Positions 7,541-17,243 of a stretch of 28,302 bases of DNA are shown here, in pieces (within the stretch, counting starts at the first letter, position 1; the number at the start of each line of letters is the position of its first letter). The notes under the pieces were generated by a model that was not told the origin of the DNA, did no database searches, and saw nothing but the letters and a program-made list of their open reading frames with translations. The position numbers were made by a program, and so were the translations under genes. Source of the DNA: a virus (Duplodnaviria; Caudoviricetes); IMG/VR virus record IMGVR_UViG_3300038552_000015, positions 1-28,302 of that record. One strand, given 5' to 3'.

Positions 7541-9400
7541 ATGGCTACTGAAAATGCTCCAGTTCCTATGAGAACAGGGCAACCTAGTCAAGTTGCTCCT
7601 GTATTAGACTTTTCTCAGTGGCTTGCTGGTAGTCGTACTGATACGCAAGCTAGAACTACTGGGCAAACTGCTCAGTTGGAGGCCATTCTTGCGCAAATTA
7701 TGGCTCCGGGGAATCTGGAGAACATTGTAGCAAATCTTTTCCAGCAAGGTGCTGCTCAGGTTCCTGCGCTTACTTCTCAGTTTGCAAATGCTACTGGTAC
7801 GCGCACTAGTAATAATTCCATGCTTTCGCAAAGCCTTGCACTGCTTAATCAACAGCTTGCACAAGCTATTGCACAAGCGGTTGCTCAACAACAGCAAACT
7901 GCGGTACAAGGGGCTGGACAACTTGCTCAAGCAACTAGGACTACGCAGCAAACGCAAAAGACGCAACCGGGAAGTCTTGGGCGTGCGGTACTTCCCACAG
8001 TAGTTGGAAGTGTACTCAATAGAATTGGTAAGGCGCAAACTCCTAGGACAGAAGCTCCTGCGGGAGAAGCCCCACTTCCTAGTTTTCCTGCACCTACAGA
8101 TTATGAAACTGGAATTCCTCCGCAAGATTTCATTCCTACTCCCGGCGTAGCAGAAGCTGGTGGTTCCCTTGGTTCTATCCCTTCTCTTGATTTCGTAGAC
8201 TTTTCTGCTGCTGCGTCTGCTGCGCCAGATGTAGGAGGCATGGATTACGGCTACGATTATTTCGATCTTCCAGAATTAGACGTAGCAGATGCTTTTTCTG
8301 ATGTAGGAAATCTGATTGATATTGACATTCCGGGCTGGTTCCGTGATGGTGGCATGGTCAGAAAGTATGCTGATGGTGGGCAAATTCGTGGCAGGCCAAA
8401 TATGGGGCCGCGTCCAGCACCACAACGTACTCAAGCTATGCAACTTCATGTACCATCGCAAGTAACTGCTGCTGCGCGTAGAAGCCCTAGACAGGGTGCG
8501 CAAGCAGATATGGAAGCTCCGGGGCCAAGTGCTGTAGCCCCTAACACAAGTTTTGCTAGCCCTGCTGCTATCGCTAACATTTCTTCGATGGTTTCTCCAG
8601 CAAATGTTTCTATGGGGCTTACTGGCCTAGGACTTTTAGGAGCACCAATGTCCGTGGTAGCAGCAGTCGCAGCTACTAAGGGCATTCAAATGGCAGTGCA
8701 ACAAATGTTGCAGGAAGTATTTAATCTGCCAATTCCACCAGAAGAAGCAATGATGCCACCGGCTATTCAAACTATGCCTCCAGCAATTCTTGATCCTACA
8801 ATTGCTGGAACAGTAGAAGGGTTGCCTGCTGCTAACCCTAGTATGGCGTTAGCTATGGGAGAACCAGAAGAAGGATTTACAACTGAAGGATCTCCTGCTG
8901 GCCCCGGTGTTGGTGGTTTTGATGCTGATACCGCTGCTGCTATTGGTGCAGCTCTTGGCATTCCGGGATTTGAATCTTTTGGAGAGGTAGGAAGTGCTGA
9001 TAGCGGCATCGGTGGTTTTGGCGATGCTGAAGGTATTGGTGCGACTACTGGTATTGGCGGAGAAAGTGCAGAAGGTGGAGTTGGTGATGGTGATGGCGAC
9101 GGTGGTGGTGATGGTGGAGTTGGTGGAGATGGTGATGGTTGGGCCGATGGCGGTATGGTAGATCGCTGGGGGCAAAAAAGCACCTATATTCCACGGAAAC
9201 CACAACCAGAAAAAAAGAAAGAAAAACAAGCAGGACTAGTTAAAGGTGCAGGTACTCGAACGTCTGATTCCATTCTTGCGAGAGTCTCCGTAGATGAGTA
9301 TATCCTCCCTGCTAGTACCGTTGCGGCTATTGGAAAACATACGCTCGATCAACTTGTGGCTGCTACTCATACTCCTGTGGACGAAGGGACTCATGGCTAA
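7541..9400 (+). CDS. Putative internal virion/DNA-ejection (pilot) protein
   Basis: 619 aa with a GGAGG RBS. Gln/Ala-rich helical N-terminus, acidic low-complexity tracts, three xxDGG motifs and a C-terminal 'G.GT.TSDSILARVS..EYI' domain. Precedes the SLT-containing and very large virion proteins. Confidence 0.6.
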   Translation: MATENAPVPMRTGQPSQVAPVLDFSQWLAGSRTDTQARTTGQTAQLEAILAQIMAPGNLENIVANLFQQGAAQVPALTSQFANATGTRTSNNSMLSQSLALLNQQLAQAIAQAVAQQQQTAVQGAGQLAQATRTTQQTQKTQPGSLGRAVLPTVVGSVLNRIGKAQTPRTEAPAGEAPLPSFPAPTDYETGIPPQDFIPTPGVAEAGGSLGSIPSLDFVDFSAAASAAPDVGGMDYGYDYFDLPELDVADAFSDVGNLIDIDIPGWFRDGGMVRKYADGGQIRGRPNMGPRPAPQRTQAMQLHVPSQVTAAARRSPRQGAQADMEAPGPSAVAPNTSFASPAAIANISSMVSPANVSMGLTGLGLLGAPMSVVAAVAATKGIQMAVQQMLQEVFNLPIPPEEAMMPPAIQTMPPAILDPTIAGTVEGLPAANPSMALAMGEPEEGFTTEGSPAGPGVGGFDADTAAAIGAALGIPGFESFGEVGSADSGIGGFGDAEGIGATTGIGGESAEGGVGDGDGDGGGDGGVGGDGDGWADGGMVDRWGQKSTYIPRKPQPEKKKEKQAGLVKGAGTRTSDSILARVSVDEYILPASTVAAIGKHTLDQLVAATHTPVDEGTHG

Positions 9401-11549
9401 CGCACAACAAGTAGATTTGGGAGAAGCTCTTTCCTACATTACAAGGGCTTCTAGCGAATATGGTGTAGATTCGCTAAATGCTCAGGCAATTCTGTTGTCT
9501 GAGAATATGGGGCCAACTGGAGAAGTTCCTCAAGTTTTGCAGACGGGCCAGATTTCGCCTCGTGGCGCAGCCGGACTAATGCAAGTAATGCCGGCTACTA
9601 GGCAAGCTCTTGTAGATCAAGGTTTTCTCTCTCCTGAATATGCTGCTGGAACTGATTGGCAGAGTAATGTTCACGCAGGATTAGCTGCATTGAAGGAAAT
9701 TCAGAAGCGGAGAAAGACTACAGACTATCGTGTAATTGGCGCAGATTATAATGCTGGGCCAAAAGGTGGTGATGTAGTTCTTTCAGGTGATATAAGTGGG
9801 CTGCCTACTGAAACTCTTGACTATCTAAAACGTCTAGATATTGCTCACGCTAGGCTAGTAGGTACTGAAGCACTGCCCAAAGGATCTACTATTCGTGAGC
9901 AGCGTCCCGCTACTCGTAGTACAGTAACTACTACACAAGTTGCAGGAGCAGACGCTATTACACAGATTTTGCGAGATAATGCAATTCATACTCGCAAATC
10001 CATTGAAGCTATTACACAGAGTACGGAAGCGGAAAGAGCAGCCCAAGAAGAAGCTGCTGCCGCGGCTGTATTTGCTGGCTCAGAAGCTGCGCAAGCAGAA
10101 CAAATTCGTGCAAGTATTGAAGCTGCTGCAACGCAAACGCGAGAGCGAATTCTTGGCATCCTGAACTTGGACACGCGCCAAGCAGACAATGTTATCGCTG
10201 AGAAAACTGCTGAGTTCAATACGCTTGATCCTGCGCGAAAGCAAATGGATGCAACTATTGATGAGAAAGAAGCTGTAGGATTTTTTGACAATCCTCTACA
10301 GTATCTTATTAACCAGACTATGCTTCCGGGGATGCTGGCGCAGCGTAATGCTGTAGCTAGAAAACAGAATGAAGCTTTTGCTGTTATGCGTGCTATGCAG
10401 GGTGTAGCAGAGCAGCAAGAACGTATTGATATTTCCGCATCTGCGGATCAAATTGCACAACTTGGTATTCACGTTGGTAACGTAAAAGTCTCTCAAGCTA
10501 ATGCTGCTGCCGCAGAATCTAAAGCGAGAGCTGCCAGTGCTACCGCTCGTGCAGTTATTACTATTGCCAATCTCACTGAGCGAGAACTAGATAACAAGCT
10601 TAAAGTTGCACAGTGGAATAGGGTGGTGCAGAGCGATAAAGAAGTAGATCAACTGAAAGAGCGAGAAAAGGCAGATCTTCAAGAGCTTGATGATAGACTT
10701 GCACGCCTTGGTGCTTTAGTTGGTGCGCCGGGAATGAATAGTACGCTGTTGAAGCGTATGAGTAAAAAAGAACAGCAAGAATGGATGGAACGTGCAGCGT
10801 CTAATAACATCGGAAATGATTTGTATGAAGCTGCAACTTGGTTGAAGCCGGGTTGGATTGCGAATATGAAAAATTCTGGGAGCGCGCAGCTTGCAGAATT
10901 TATTCGTAATACCCAAAGTGCTATGTTTAATCTAGCACAGATGGAGGCAGCTAAGATTCAAATACAAGGGGGTAAAATTCCTTCCAGAGAAGAACTTCTG
11001 CGATCTGCGGCGCGTTCGCTGGAGAGTGAATTCTTTGCTGCTCGTAACAATATGATGATTCAAACTCCAAATTCTGCGCTTAATCCCTACAAAGCACGGC
11101 ATGGAGTAATGGCAACTGCATGGAAGGGAGATCCTGAGAATGCAATCTACAAGATTGTACGAGATGGAGCTGTAAACAAGCTTAGGTACAATGATTCTAC
11201 TCTGTTTACTACCATTTATAAGATGGTGGAATCTGGTGCTCTTTCTCCTGCTGATGCTGCACGCCAAATGTCCGACTACTATACGGCTGCGGTAGATGAG
11301 AACAACAGAGCCTATAGTTTCCATCTTTATGGTATGAGTCCGCAGGATGATTACAAGGTACTGCCAAAAGAATCTAAGAAAACTGTAAATCTTTTGGCGC
11401 CTGCGGAACTAGAGAATTTGTTTACTCTGGCGCGGATTCGTGTTCAAGGTGCTCCCCAAGGGTTTGTTGTACCAGAAGGCTACGAATTTACTCCGTATCC
11501 TAGTGGCTTTGGTGGTTACTTGAAGAAACAAGAAGCTGGGGCTAAATAA
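9393..11549 (+). CDS. Internal virion protein with N-terminal lytic transglycosylase (SLT) domain
   Basis: Start reassigned to the ATG at 9393 (AAGGGA upstream). Motifs 'LSEN', 'SPRGAAGLMQVMPAT', 'NVHAG', 'DYNAGP' and 'ETLDYL', followed by a long Ala-rich helical region. Confidence 0.85.
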   Translation: MANAQQVDLGEALSYITRASSEYGVDSLNAQAILLSENMGPTGEVPQVLQTGQISPRGAAGLMQVMPATRQALVDQGFLSPEYAAGTDWQSNVHAGLAALKEIQKRRKTTDYRVIGADYNAGPKGGDVVLSGDISGLPTETLDYLKRLDIAHARLVGTEALPKGSTIREQRPATRSTVTTTQVAGADAITQILRDNAIHTRKSIEAITQSTEAERAAQEEAAAAAVFAGSEAAQAEQIRASIEAAATQTRERILGILNLDTRQADNVIAEKTAEFNTLDPARKQMDATIDEKEAVGFFDNPLQYLINQTMLPGMLAQRNAVARKQNEAFAVMRAMQGVAEQQERIDISASADQIAQLGIHVGNVKVSQANAAAAESKARAASATARAVITIANLTERELDNKLKVAQWNRVVQSDKEVDQLKEREKADLQELDDRLARLGALVGAPGMNSTLLKRMSKKEQQEWMERAASNNIGNDLYEAATWLKPGWIANMKNSGSAQLAEFIRNTQSAMFNLAQMEAAKIQIQGGKIPSREELLRSAARSLESEFFAARNNMMIQTPNSALNPYKARHGVMATAWKGDPENAIYKIVRDGAVNKLRYNDSTLFTTIYKMVESGALSPADAARQMSDYYTAAVDENNRAYSFHLYGMSPQDDYKVLPKESKKTVNLLAPAELENLFTLARIRVQGAPQGFVVPEGYEFTPYPSGFGGYLKKQEAGAK

Positions 11550-14500
11550 TGGCCGAAAATAATGTTTCTGAAGTAACAGATTACGCATCAATCCATCCTG
11601 TAATCACTGCCGCTGACACGGCAAATATGCAGGCTGGTAGTGAATACAGTCTGATTGAACGTGCAGGGATGTTTACTAAATCTGCCGCTGTTAGTGGTAT
11701 TGCGTCCGTCTATAATACTGCCGCAAATTTACTCGGGGAAGAACAGTGGAATGTGGCGCAGTGGCTTAGCGACAATGATGAACATCTTGGTTTGTACTAC
11801 CAACAAAATAAGCAACTTACAGATCTTGCAGGATTCATTGGTACTAGCTTAATCCCCGGTGGCCTTGCGCTGAAAGGCGTACAACTAGCGAAAGCTGGTA
11901 CTATGTTGGGGCCATTCGGTCGTGCTCTTGGCTATGCAAGCACTAGACAAAAACTTTATCTGGAGCAAGGACTCAAAGAACTTGCTACAGAGGGCGGAAC
12001 TGTATTTAATCTCATTAATAAAAATAAACTTGCATCTATGGCTTGGGCAACTGCTGACCAAGCTATTAATGTTGCAGCATTTGAAACTGCTGTAGCTATT
12101 ACAATGAAGCAAAGTCCATTGCTAGAGAAAGATGAATGGACTGATGTATTTAAGCACGTCGCTGTTACCAGCCTTGCGTTTGGTGGAATTGGTGGAGCTA
12201 TTGAATCTATCGCTATTAACTCCATTTTCAAACAAGGCACTAGAAGTATTGATGCTGCTATGCGTGAGTTTGATGTTGTCAAGCACATTGAAGGTGATAT
12301 TGTGCTTGGCGATAAAGCTTACGGTACTGTTAGGAGTTTGCTGGAACTTCCTACTACTGCAAGAGACATTGAATTTACCTACCGCATTGGCGGAGAAACA
12401 CGGAAGCTAGAGCTTCCTACTAAGCAGGCGCTGGAACGTGCAGCAGAAAGTGCACAAAAACGTGGATGGGATGATTTTCGTGAAACTGTCAACCGCATGG
12501 CGCAGAGCGACCCAGAACTTGGAAACCAATTTTCCGATTATCTAATCAATCTCGTAAAGCGCGAACAACAGGCGGGGAAGAGCAAAGAGGAAATTTTGGA
12601 TCGTGTAGGCGATCACTTGTTTAATGTAAAGCAGATTCGCAGAGTTAGTGCGAATGCTGCCGACGATCCTGCTCTTTTCTACGTTGCAAAAGAGATTGAT
12701 CCAGAACGTATCTTCAAGATCAAAGATTTTAATTCTTTCCTTACAGAAGTAGTTAGCAGAAGTCCGAAGGGGAAAGAAGGATTTAAGACTCCCTATGAAC
12801 TTGTAGGTACTGGCGATGATGTTAAAGTTGCGCTGGTTGGATTGAAACAAGAAGGGCCAGTACTTGAAACTAGCTATGCGCGGTTTGCTGTAGTAGATGA
12901 TGCATTCTCCAACGGCTACGATGTAGCTGTATTGGCTAATGGTACTATCCGTATTAATCCAAAGAGCAGTAAATTTAGGAAAGTAGACGAACCTATTACT
13001 GCTCCGAAGAGTTTCTTCAATGCGCGCGTAGGAGCATTTACTGACGTAGCCTATCCTACTGTAGCTGACATTGCTACGACTACTAAACCCCTTGCTATGA
13101 CTTCTGTTTCCCATCTTGTTAGTGGAGGGAAAGAATGGAGTATGGCACCGTATAATGTTTTTGCTCTTGAAGAACTCGATACTCTCAAAGCTTCAGCGCG
13201 GTACGTTTGGGCAGGAAGTAAGGAATTGAAAGTTGTCCCGCAGAAAGTTGCAGACACGGATATTCCTTTGCTCGAACGTATCTTTCAAGATGGCGCAGAT
13301 AAGTGGAAAGATGTAGTGCTGCGCTCTGCTGACAATACTGAGCGGAAAGTAGGAGACATTAAAGATTTTGGCCTTTGGCTTAAAGAGCAGAAGCTTGCGA
13401 TTCTCCAATCCTTCCTTGGGAAGAATGAGAAAGGAGAAGATCTCTTAAGTCTTGGGGTCAAACTTAATGTCGATCCTGTGTGGATTCAGGATGCTATCGC
13501 TGCTAACTTCATTCCTACAGAGAAACTTAGTAGCGGATTTTCCTTGCCTCTCAGCGCAAGCACGCGCCCACAGAACATGGAAGTATTGTGGGATTTTGCG
13601 CATCCTAAGCTCCTAGAAAATTCATTGCTTGGGAAAACAGGAAAAGTTCCTAATACTGTAATGGTGCAAGGATTCCCAGAAGCTGCTGGCAATACTATCT
13701 ACGGAGAGCTTGGCTGGGCGTATAGAGTAAAACTCGGCAATGATGCAAGACAGTCAGCTTTTGCTGCTGTCATGGGAACGGTAGACGCTTCCAAGTTTGT
13801 AGAGTTAAATGCTGATACTGTGCTCAACATTGCTAACCAAGCAGGTAGTGGTGCGGGTCTCCTGAAAAGTTCCAATGCAGATTACGGAGATGTTCTAGGC
13901 TTGTGGAGCCAATATACTGGCGCCCTTGTCCATGAAATTAGTCGGCGCAATGCCAATGCTACTCTCTCCGAACTCCAGCCTTTAATGATTCGGATCAAAG
14001 ATTCTAAGCAAGCTGCCGCAGAGCTTGGCATCCTCACTACGGCTATGCGTAGAACTCCTGAAAAATTCATGATTGATCCGATCAATAATAAGAGACTTGT
14101 GAATTTGGAAGCGGTAGAAAAAGCGCCAGAAGGTGGTTGGATTGTAAATGAAGCTAAACTAATTGAATTGCAAAAAGCTGGAAGAGCACATCAGTTTGTA
14201 ATGGAAGTAGATGAAGTCGCAGAATTTATTTCTGCAAGTTCTGTGGCTAACGCCCGTAGAATTGAAAAAAATAAAGTCCTTATGACTAGCCGTGGGTTCA
14301 ATTACAACTACGATCCTCGGGTAGTTTATATTCCTCCAGTGGATACTGGGCGCTATCCATACTTTGCATTTGTACGGAAGAAGCCAGAAATGCTCGGTAC
14401 TTCTTCAGAAGTTTCTATGATTACGGCGCGCACGGAACAAGAACTTCATGGACTTGTTACTAAAGTCCCTGATGACTACGAAGTAATTTTCAAAGAGAAT

Positions 14501-16693
14501 ACTGAGCGGTTCCACAGAATTAAAGGAGATTACGATTATTCTCTTACCATTAAAGAACCCACCGTTGATAGTACTTTGCAACGCCGCGGGATCTTGGGAG
14601 ATTTCTTCCCAGAAACAAAAGCTGAGAACGTGCTTGAAGATTATATTAATTGGCACCAGCGACAGGAAGTTAGCCTTGTTCGGCGTGCAACCGAAACTAA
14701 ATACGCACAGACTATTGAAGAACTCCGTGGAATTGGTAAACAATTCACCGAGCTTGGAACCTCTAAGGCCAGCGCCGGTCTTAAAAAGTTTCGAAGTCAA
14801 GTTGAAAACCCATTCAACGATTATATCAAAACTGCGCTGGACATTAGTAAGAGAGGCGAATACACTCTGCTTCATGAAGCCAATGAGTTTGTTGAGCAAC
14901 TTGGACGCAGTGCGTATCGGATCTTTGGTGTAAATAGAGAGAAAGCAATGGCAGGAACTGTTAGCTGGGAAGAAGCTAACAGGATTAGTGAACGCTTTGG
15001 AATCAAAGGCCCGTATACGGATGAAGCTGGCTACTTTGCTGCTAATCTTCCTGCAGAACGTAGCATCATTAAAGACTTTGTAGCCAAGGCAAATATGACG
15101 CTGGTGAATTTAAACCTGCGCCTAGACTTTGCTAACTCCCTCGTTAATATTATCAGCACTCCTATTCTTCTTAGCACAGAGATGGCAAGCATTCGTAGTT
15201 TGATTGCTAAAGATCCTGTGCTTGTAGGAAAACTGAGTGAGCTGCGTAGTATTGCTGTCCCCGGAACTGAGGGAGCAGTGCGTGTTCCCAGTACTACGGG
15301 GCTAATTGCTGAAGGAATTAAGAACTTCTTTGGCCCTGAGAAGAATCAACTTATCCAGCGATACAAAGATATTGGTGCAGTGCGAGATGTAGCTAGCCAG
15401 TACCATGAGATGCTAGATCATTTCGCATACAAGCCATATAAGAAAGCCAGCGAACTTACAGAGAGAGCGGCGCGAGGTATCGAAACTGGCGCAAAGTTTA
15501 CTGGTAATGCATTTGCAGAAGATTTCACTCGCTTTGTTTCTGCTGATGTAATGCGTAGACTTACTGATCCCATTGTACAAGCTGGGAAGTTGAGTGTTGC
15601 AGAGCAAAACGCATACATCAGTGTATTTGTAAATCGTGTGCAAGGTAACTACATTAGTTCGCAACGTCCAATTGCTTTCCAAGGCGTACTAGGAAGCGCC
15701 ATTGGTTTGTTCATGACGTACCAATTTAACTTTTTGCAACAACTTTTTCGCCACATTGAGAATAGAAATGTGCGGGCACTTGCTACCTTGGGAGCAATGC
15801 AAACTGGAATGTATGGATTGAACGGCATTCCATTTTTTGAAGCAGTTAATACTTCATTGATTGGAAACAGTTCTCTCAATCCAGAACACAGAGATGTGTA
15901 TTCCACCATCCCACAACTAAACAAAGATCTTGGGAATTGGTTAATGTATGGAACGGCTTCTGCGTTTCCTTTTTGGTCTAGTCAGGCTCCCAGTCTTTAT
16001 ACTCGTGGTGATATTAATCCTCGCCACATTTCTGTTATTCCTATTACTCCGCTTGACGTACCGGCAGTAGATGGGAGTATTCGCTTTGTAAGTAACTTGC
16101 TAGATATGGGCAAGAAAGCAGTGAAAGGCGCAGACCTTACTAGTGTATTGTTTGAAGGACTAGAACATAATGGTCTTAGTCGCCCGCTTGCTGGCATTGC
16201 TCAGGCAGTGCAAGGATACAGCACTACCAGCAAAGGTTCTTTGATTAGCGCGTCTAACGATTTCTTCTCTATTGCTACTGCTGCAAGATTAATTGGTAGC
16301 AAACCTGTAGACGAGAGTATTGCGCTGAATGCAAAATTCAGACTTGCTTCTTATGAAGCCGCAGATCAAGTACGTTTGCAGACACTCGGGGAAGTTGTAA
16401 AAACTAAACTTCGTGCGGGGAAACTTCCATCTTTGGAAGAATTGCAGAAGTTTCAGTTGGACTACGCGAAAGCTGGTGGGAGGATTGAAAATTACGCAAA
16501 GACTATGCAACGCTGGAGTAAGGACGCCAACGTATCGGTAATTAATCAGCTTGCACAACAGCACAGAAGTAGCTATTCTAGGAGATTACAGGAAATCATG
16601 GGCGGCAGTACTGTGCAGGACTACCGCGCCATGATGTTAGCAACTCCCACTACTTCTGAGGCATCCCCGGTTTCTGATGAGGGTCAAGAATAG
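11549..16693 (+). CDS. Large internal virion/DNA-ejection protein
   Basis: 1714 aa, largely helical, last gene of the late block and coupled by TAATG. Its size and position match podovirus ejection proteins. No catalytic motif recognised. Confidence 0.65.
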   Translation: MAENNVSEVTDYASIHPVITAADTANMQAGSEYSLIERAGMFTKSAAVSGIASVYNTAANLLGEEQWNVAQWLSDNDEHLGLYYQQNKQLTDLAGFIGTSLIPGGLALKGVQLAKAGTMLGPFGRALGYASTRQKLYLEQGLKELATEGGTVFNLINKNKLASMAWATADQAINVAAFETAVAITMKQSPLLEKDEWTDVFKHVAVTSLAFGGIGGAIESIAINSIFKQGTRSIDAAMREFDVVKHIEGDIVLGDKAYGTVRSLLELPTTARDIEFTYRIGGETRKLELPTKQALERAAESAQKRGWDDFRETVNRMAQSDPELGNQFSDYLINLVKREQQAGKSKEEILDRVGDHLFNVKQIRRVSANAADDPALFYVAKEIDPERIFKIKDFNSFLTEVVSRSPKGKEGFKTPYELVGTGDDVKVALVGLKQEGPVLETSYARFAVVDDAFSNGYDVAVLANGTIRINPKSSKFRKVDEPITAPKSFFNARVGAFTDVAYPTVADIATTTKPLAMTSVSHLVSGGKEWSMAPYNVFALEELDTLKASARYVWAGSKELKVVPQKVADTDIPLLERIFQDGADKWKDVVLRSADNTERKVGDIKDFGLWLKEQKLAILQSFLGKNEKGEDLLSLGVKLNVDPVWIQDAIAANFIPTEKLSSGFSLPLSASTRPQNMEVLWDFAHPKLLENSLLGKTGKVPNTVMVQGFPEAAGNTIYGELGWAYRVKLGNDARQSAFAAVMGTVDASKFVELNADTVLNIANQAGSGAGLLKSSNADYGDVLGLWSQYTGALVHEISRRNANATLSELQPLMIRIKDSKQAAAELGILTTAMRRTPEKFMIDPINNKRLVNLEAVEKAPEGGWIVNEAKLIELQKAGRAHQFVMEVDEVAEFISASSVANARRIEKNKVLMTSRGFNYNYDPRVVYIPPVDTGRYPYFAFVRKKPEMLGTSSEVSMITARTEQELHGLVTKVPDDYEVIFKENTERFHRIKGDYDYSLTIKEPTVDSTLQRRGILGDFFPETKAENVLEDYINWHQRQEVSLVRRATETKYAQTIEELRGIGKQFTELGTSKASAGLKKFRSQVENPFNDYIKTALDISKRGEYTLLHEANEFVEQLGRSAYRIFGVNREKAMAGTVSWEEANRISERFGIKGPYTDEAGYFAANLPAERSIIKDFVAKANMTLVNLNLRLDFANSLVNIISTPILLSTEMASIRSLIAKDPVLVGKLSELRSIAVPGTEGAVRVPSTTGLIAEGIKNFFGPEKNQLIQRYKDIGAVRDVASQYHEMLDHFAYKPYKKASELTERAARGIETGAKFTGNAFAEDFTRFVSADVMRRLTDPIVQAGKLSVAEQNAYISVFVNRVQGNYISSQRPIAFQGVLGSAIGLFMTYQFNFLQQLFRHIENRNVRALATLGAMQTGMYGLNGIPFFEAVNTSLIGNSSLNPEHRDVYSTIPQLNKDLGNWLMYGTASAFPFWSSQAPSLYTRGDINPRHISVIPITPLDVPAVDGSIRFVSNLLDMGKKAVKGADLTSVLFEGLEHNGLSRPLAGIAQAVQGYSTTSKGSLISASNDFFSIATAARLIGSKPVDESIALNAKFRLASYEAADQVRLQTLGEVVKTKLRAGKLPSLEELQKFQLDYAKAGGRIENYAKTMQRWSKDANVSVINQLAQQHRSSYSRRLQEIMGGSTVQDYRAMMLATPTTSEASPVSDEGQE

Positions 16694-17243
16694 TACTCTC
16701 TTTGTAAGCAGCCAACATAATTTCCCACACTTGTTTCTCTGGCCCAACCCAACCTTCAGGTTTCACTACCTTTCCATCTTCTCTAAATACTGGGCCACCC
16801 GGACGCACAACTTTTTTCATGTTGGCTCCGTGTACCGCTTCAAAAGCTGCATCGTAGGGCAGACCAAAGTTTATTGCTAGCCCCATGAAAAAGTAGTTCA
16901 TATCACAAATCCAATCTAGCAGAGTAGCCAGATTTTCTAGAGACATAGGAACTTCTCCGGTTCCTAGTTTTTCCAGTAGGGAAATTCCTCCATCTTCTCC
17001 AAATTCTTCCTTGATGATGTGGCAGCGAGCGGCTACAACTGCCAACGGTGGAGGGTTTTTTCCTAGGGAACCAACGAAGCAGTTTCCTTTTCTTTGCGCG
17101 CCCTCATGAAACTGGCGAACATTGTCAAACTGCGTATAGAAGTGCAGCATTCCAGAAGGCACAACTGCTTGAATAGATGCAATCTGCTGCATCAATGCTA
17201 CTTTTTCATTCGTCTTTTGCGTATCACCGGCCTGTGATTCCAC
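16650..17243 (-). CDS. MazG-like all-alpha NTP pyrophosphohydrolase (DR2231/dUTPase-like type)
   Basis: 'VRQFH', 'IKEEFGE', 'LLDWICDMNYF..G', 'AFEAVHGANMKK' and 'REDGKVVKPEGW..P'. AAGGAG RBS before the GTG. Confidence 0.85.
   Translation of the reverse strand: MESQAGDTQKTNEKVALMQQIASIQAVVPSGMLHFYTQFDNVRQFHEGAQRKGNCFVGSLGKNPPPLAVVAARCHIIKEEFGEDGGISLLEKLGTGEVPMSLENLATLLDWICDMNYFFMGLAINFGLPYDAAFEAVHGANMKKVVRPGGPVFREDGKVVKPEGWVGPEKQVWEIMLAAYKESTILDPHQKPGMPQK

Noticed and set aside
9073-9140. GGT/GAT-rich repeat-like DNA
   Set aside because: Explained by the Gly/Asp low-complexity coding tract; the Pro/Ser-rich antisense ORF at 8767-9183 is its shadow.
7604-16564. Numerous 60-190 aa antisense and alternate-frame ORFs within the large structural genes
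   Set aside because: They are fully nested in well-supported genes, and I recognised no motifs in them.
16674-16705. CTGATGAG on the + strand near the end of the large gene, as a possible second hammerhead
   Set aside because: No GAAA follows the potential stem II and no stem III/NUH can be formed.
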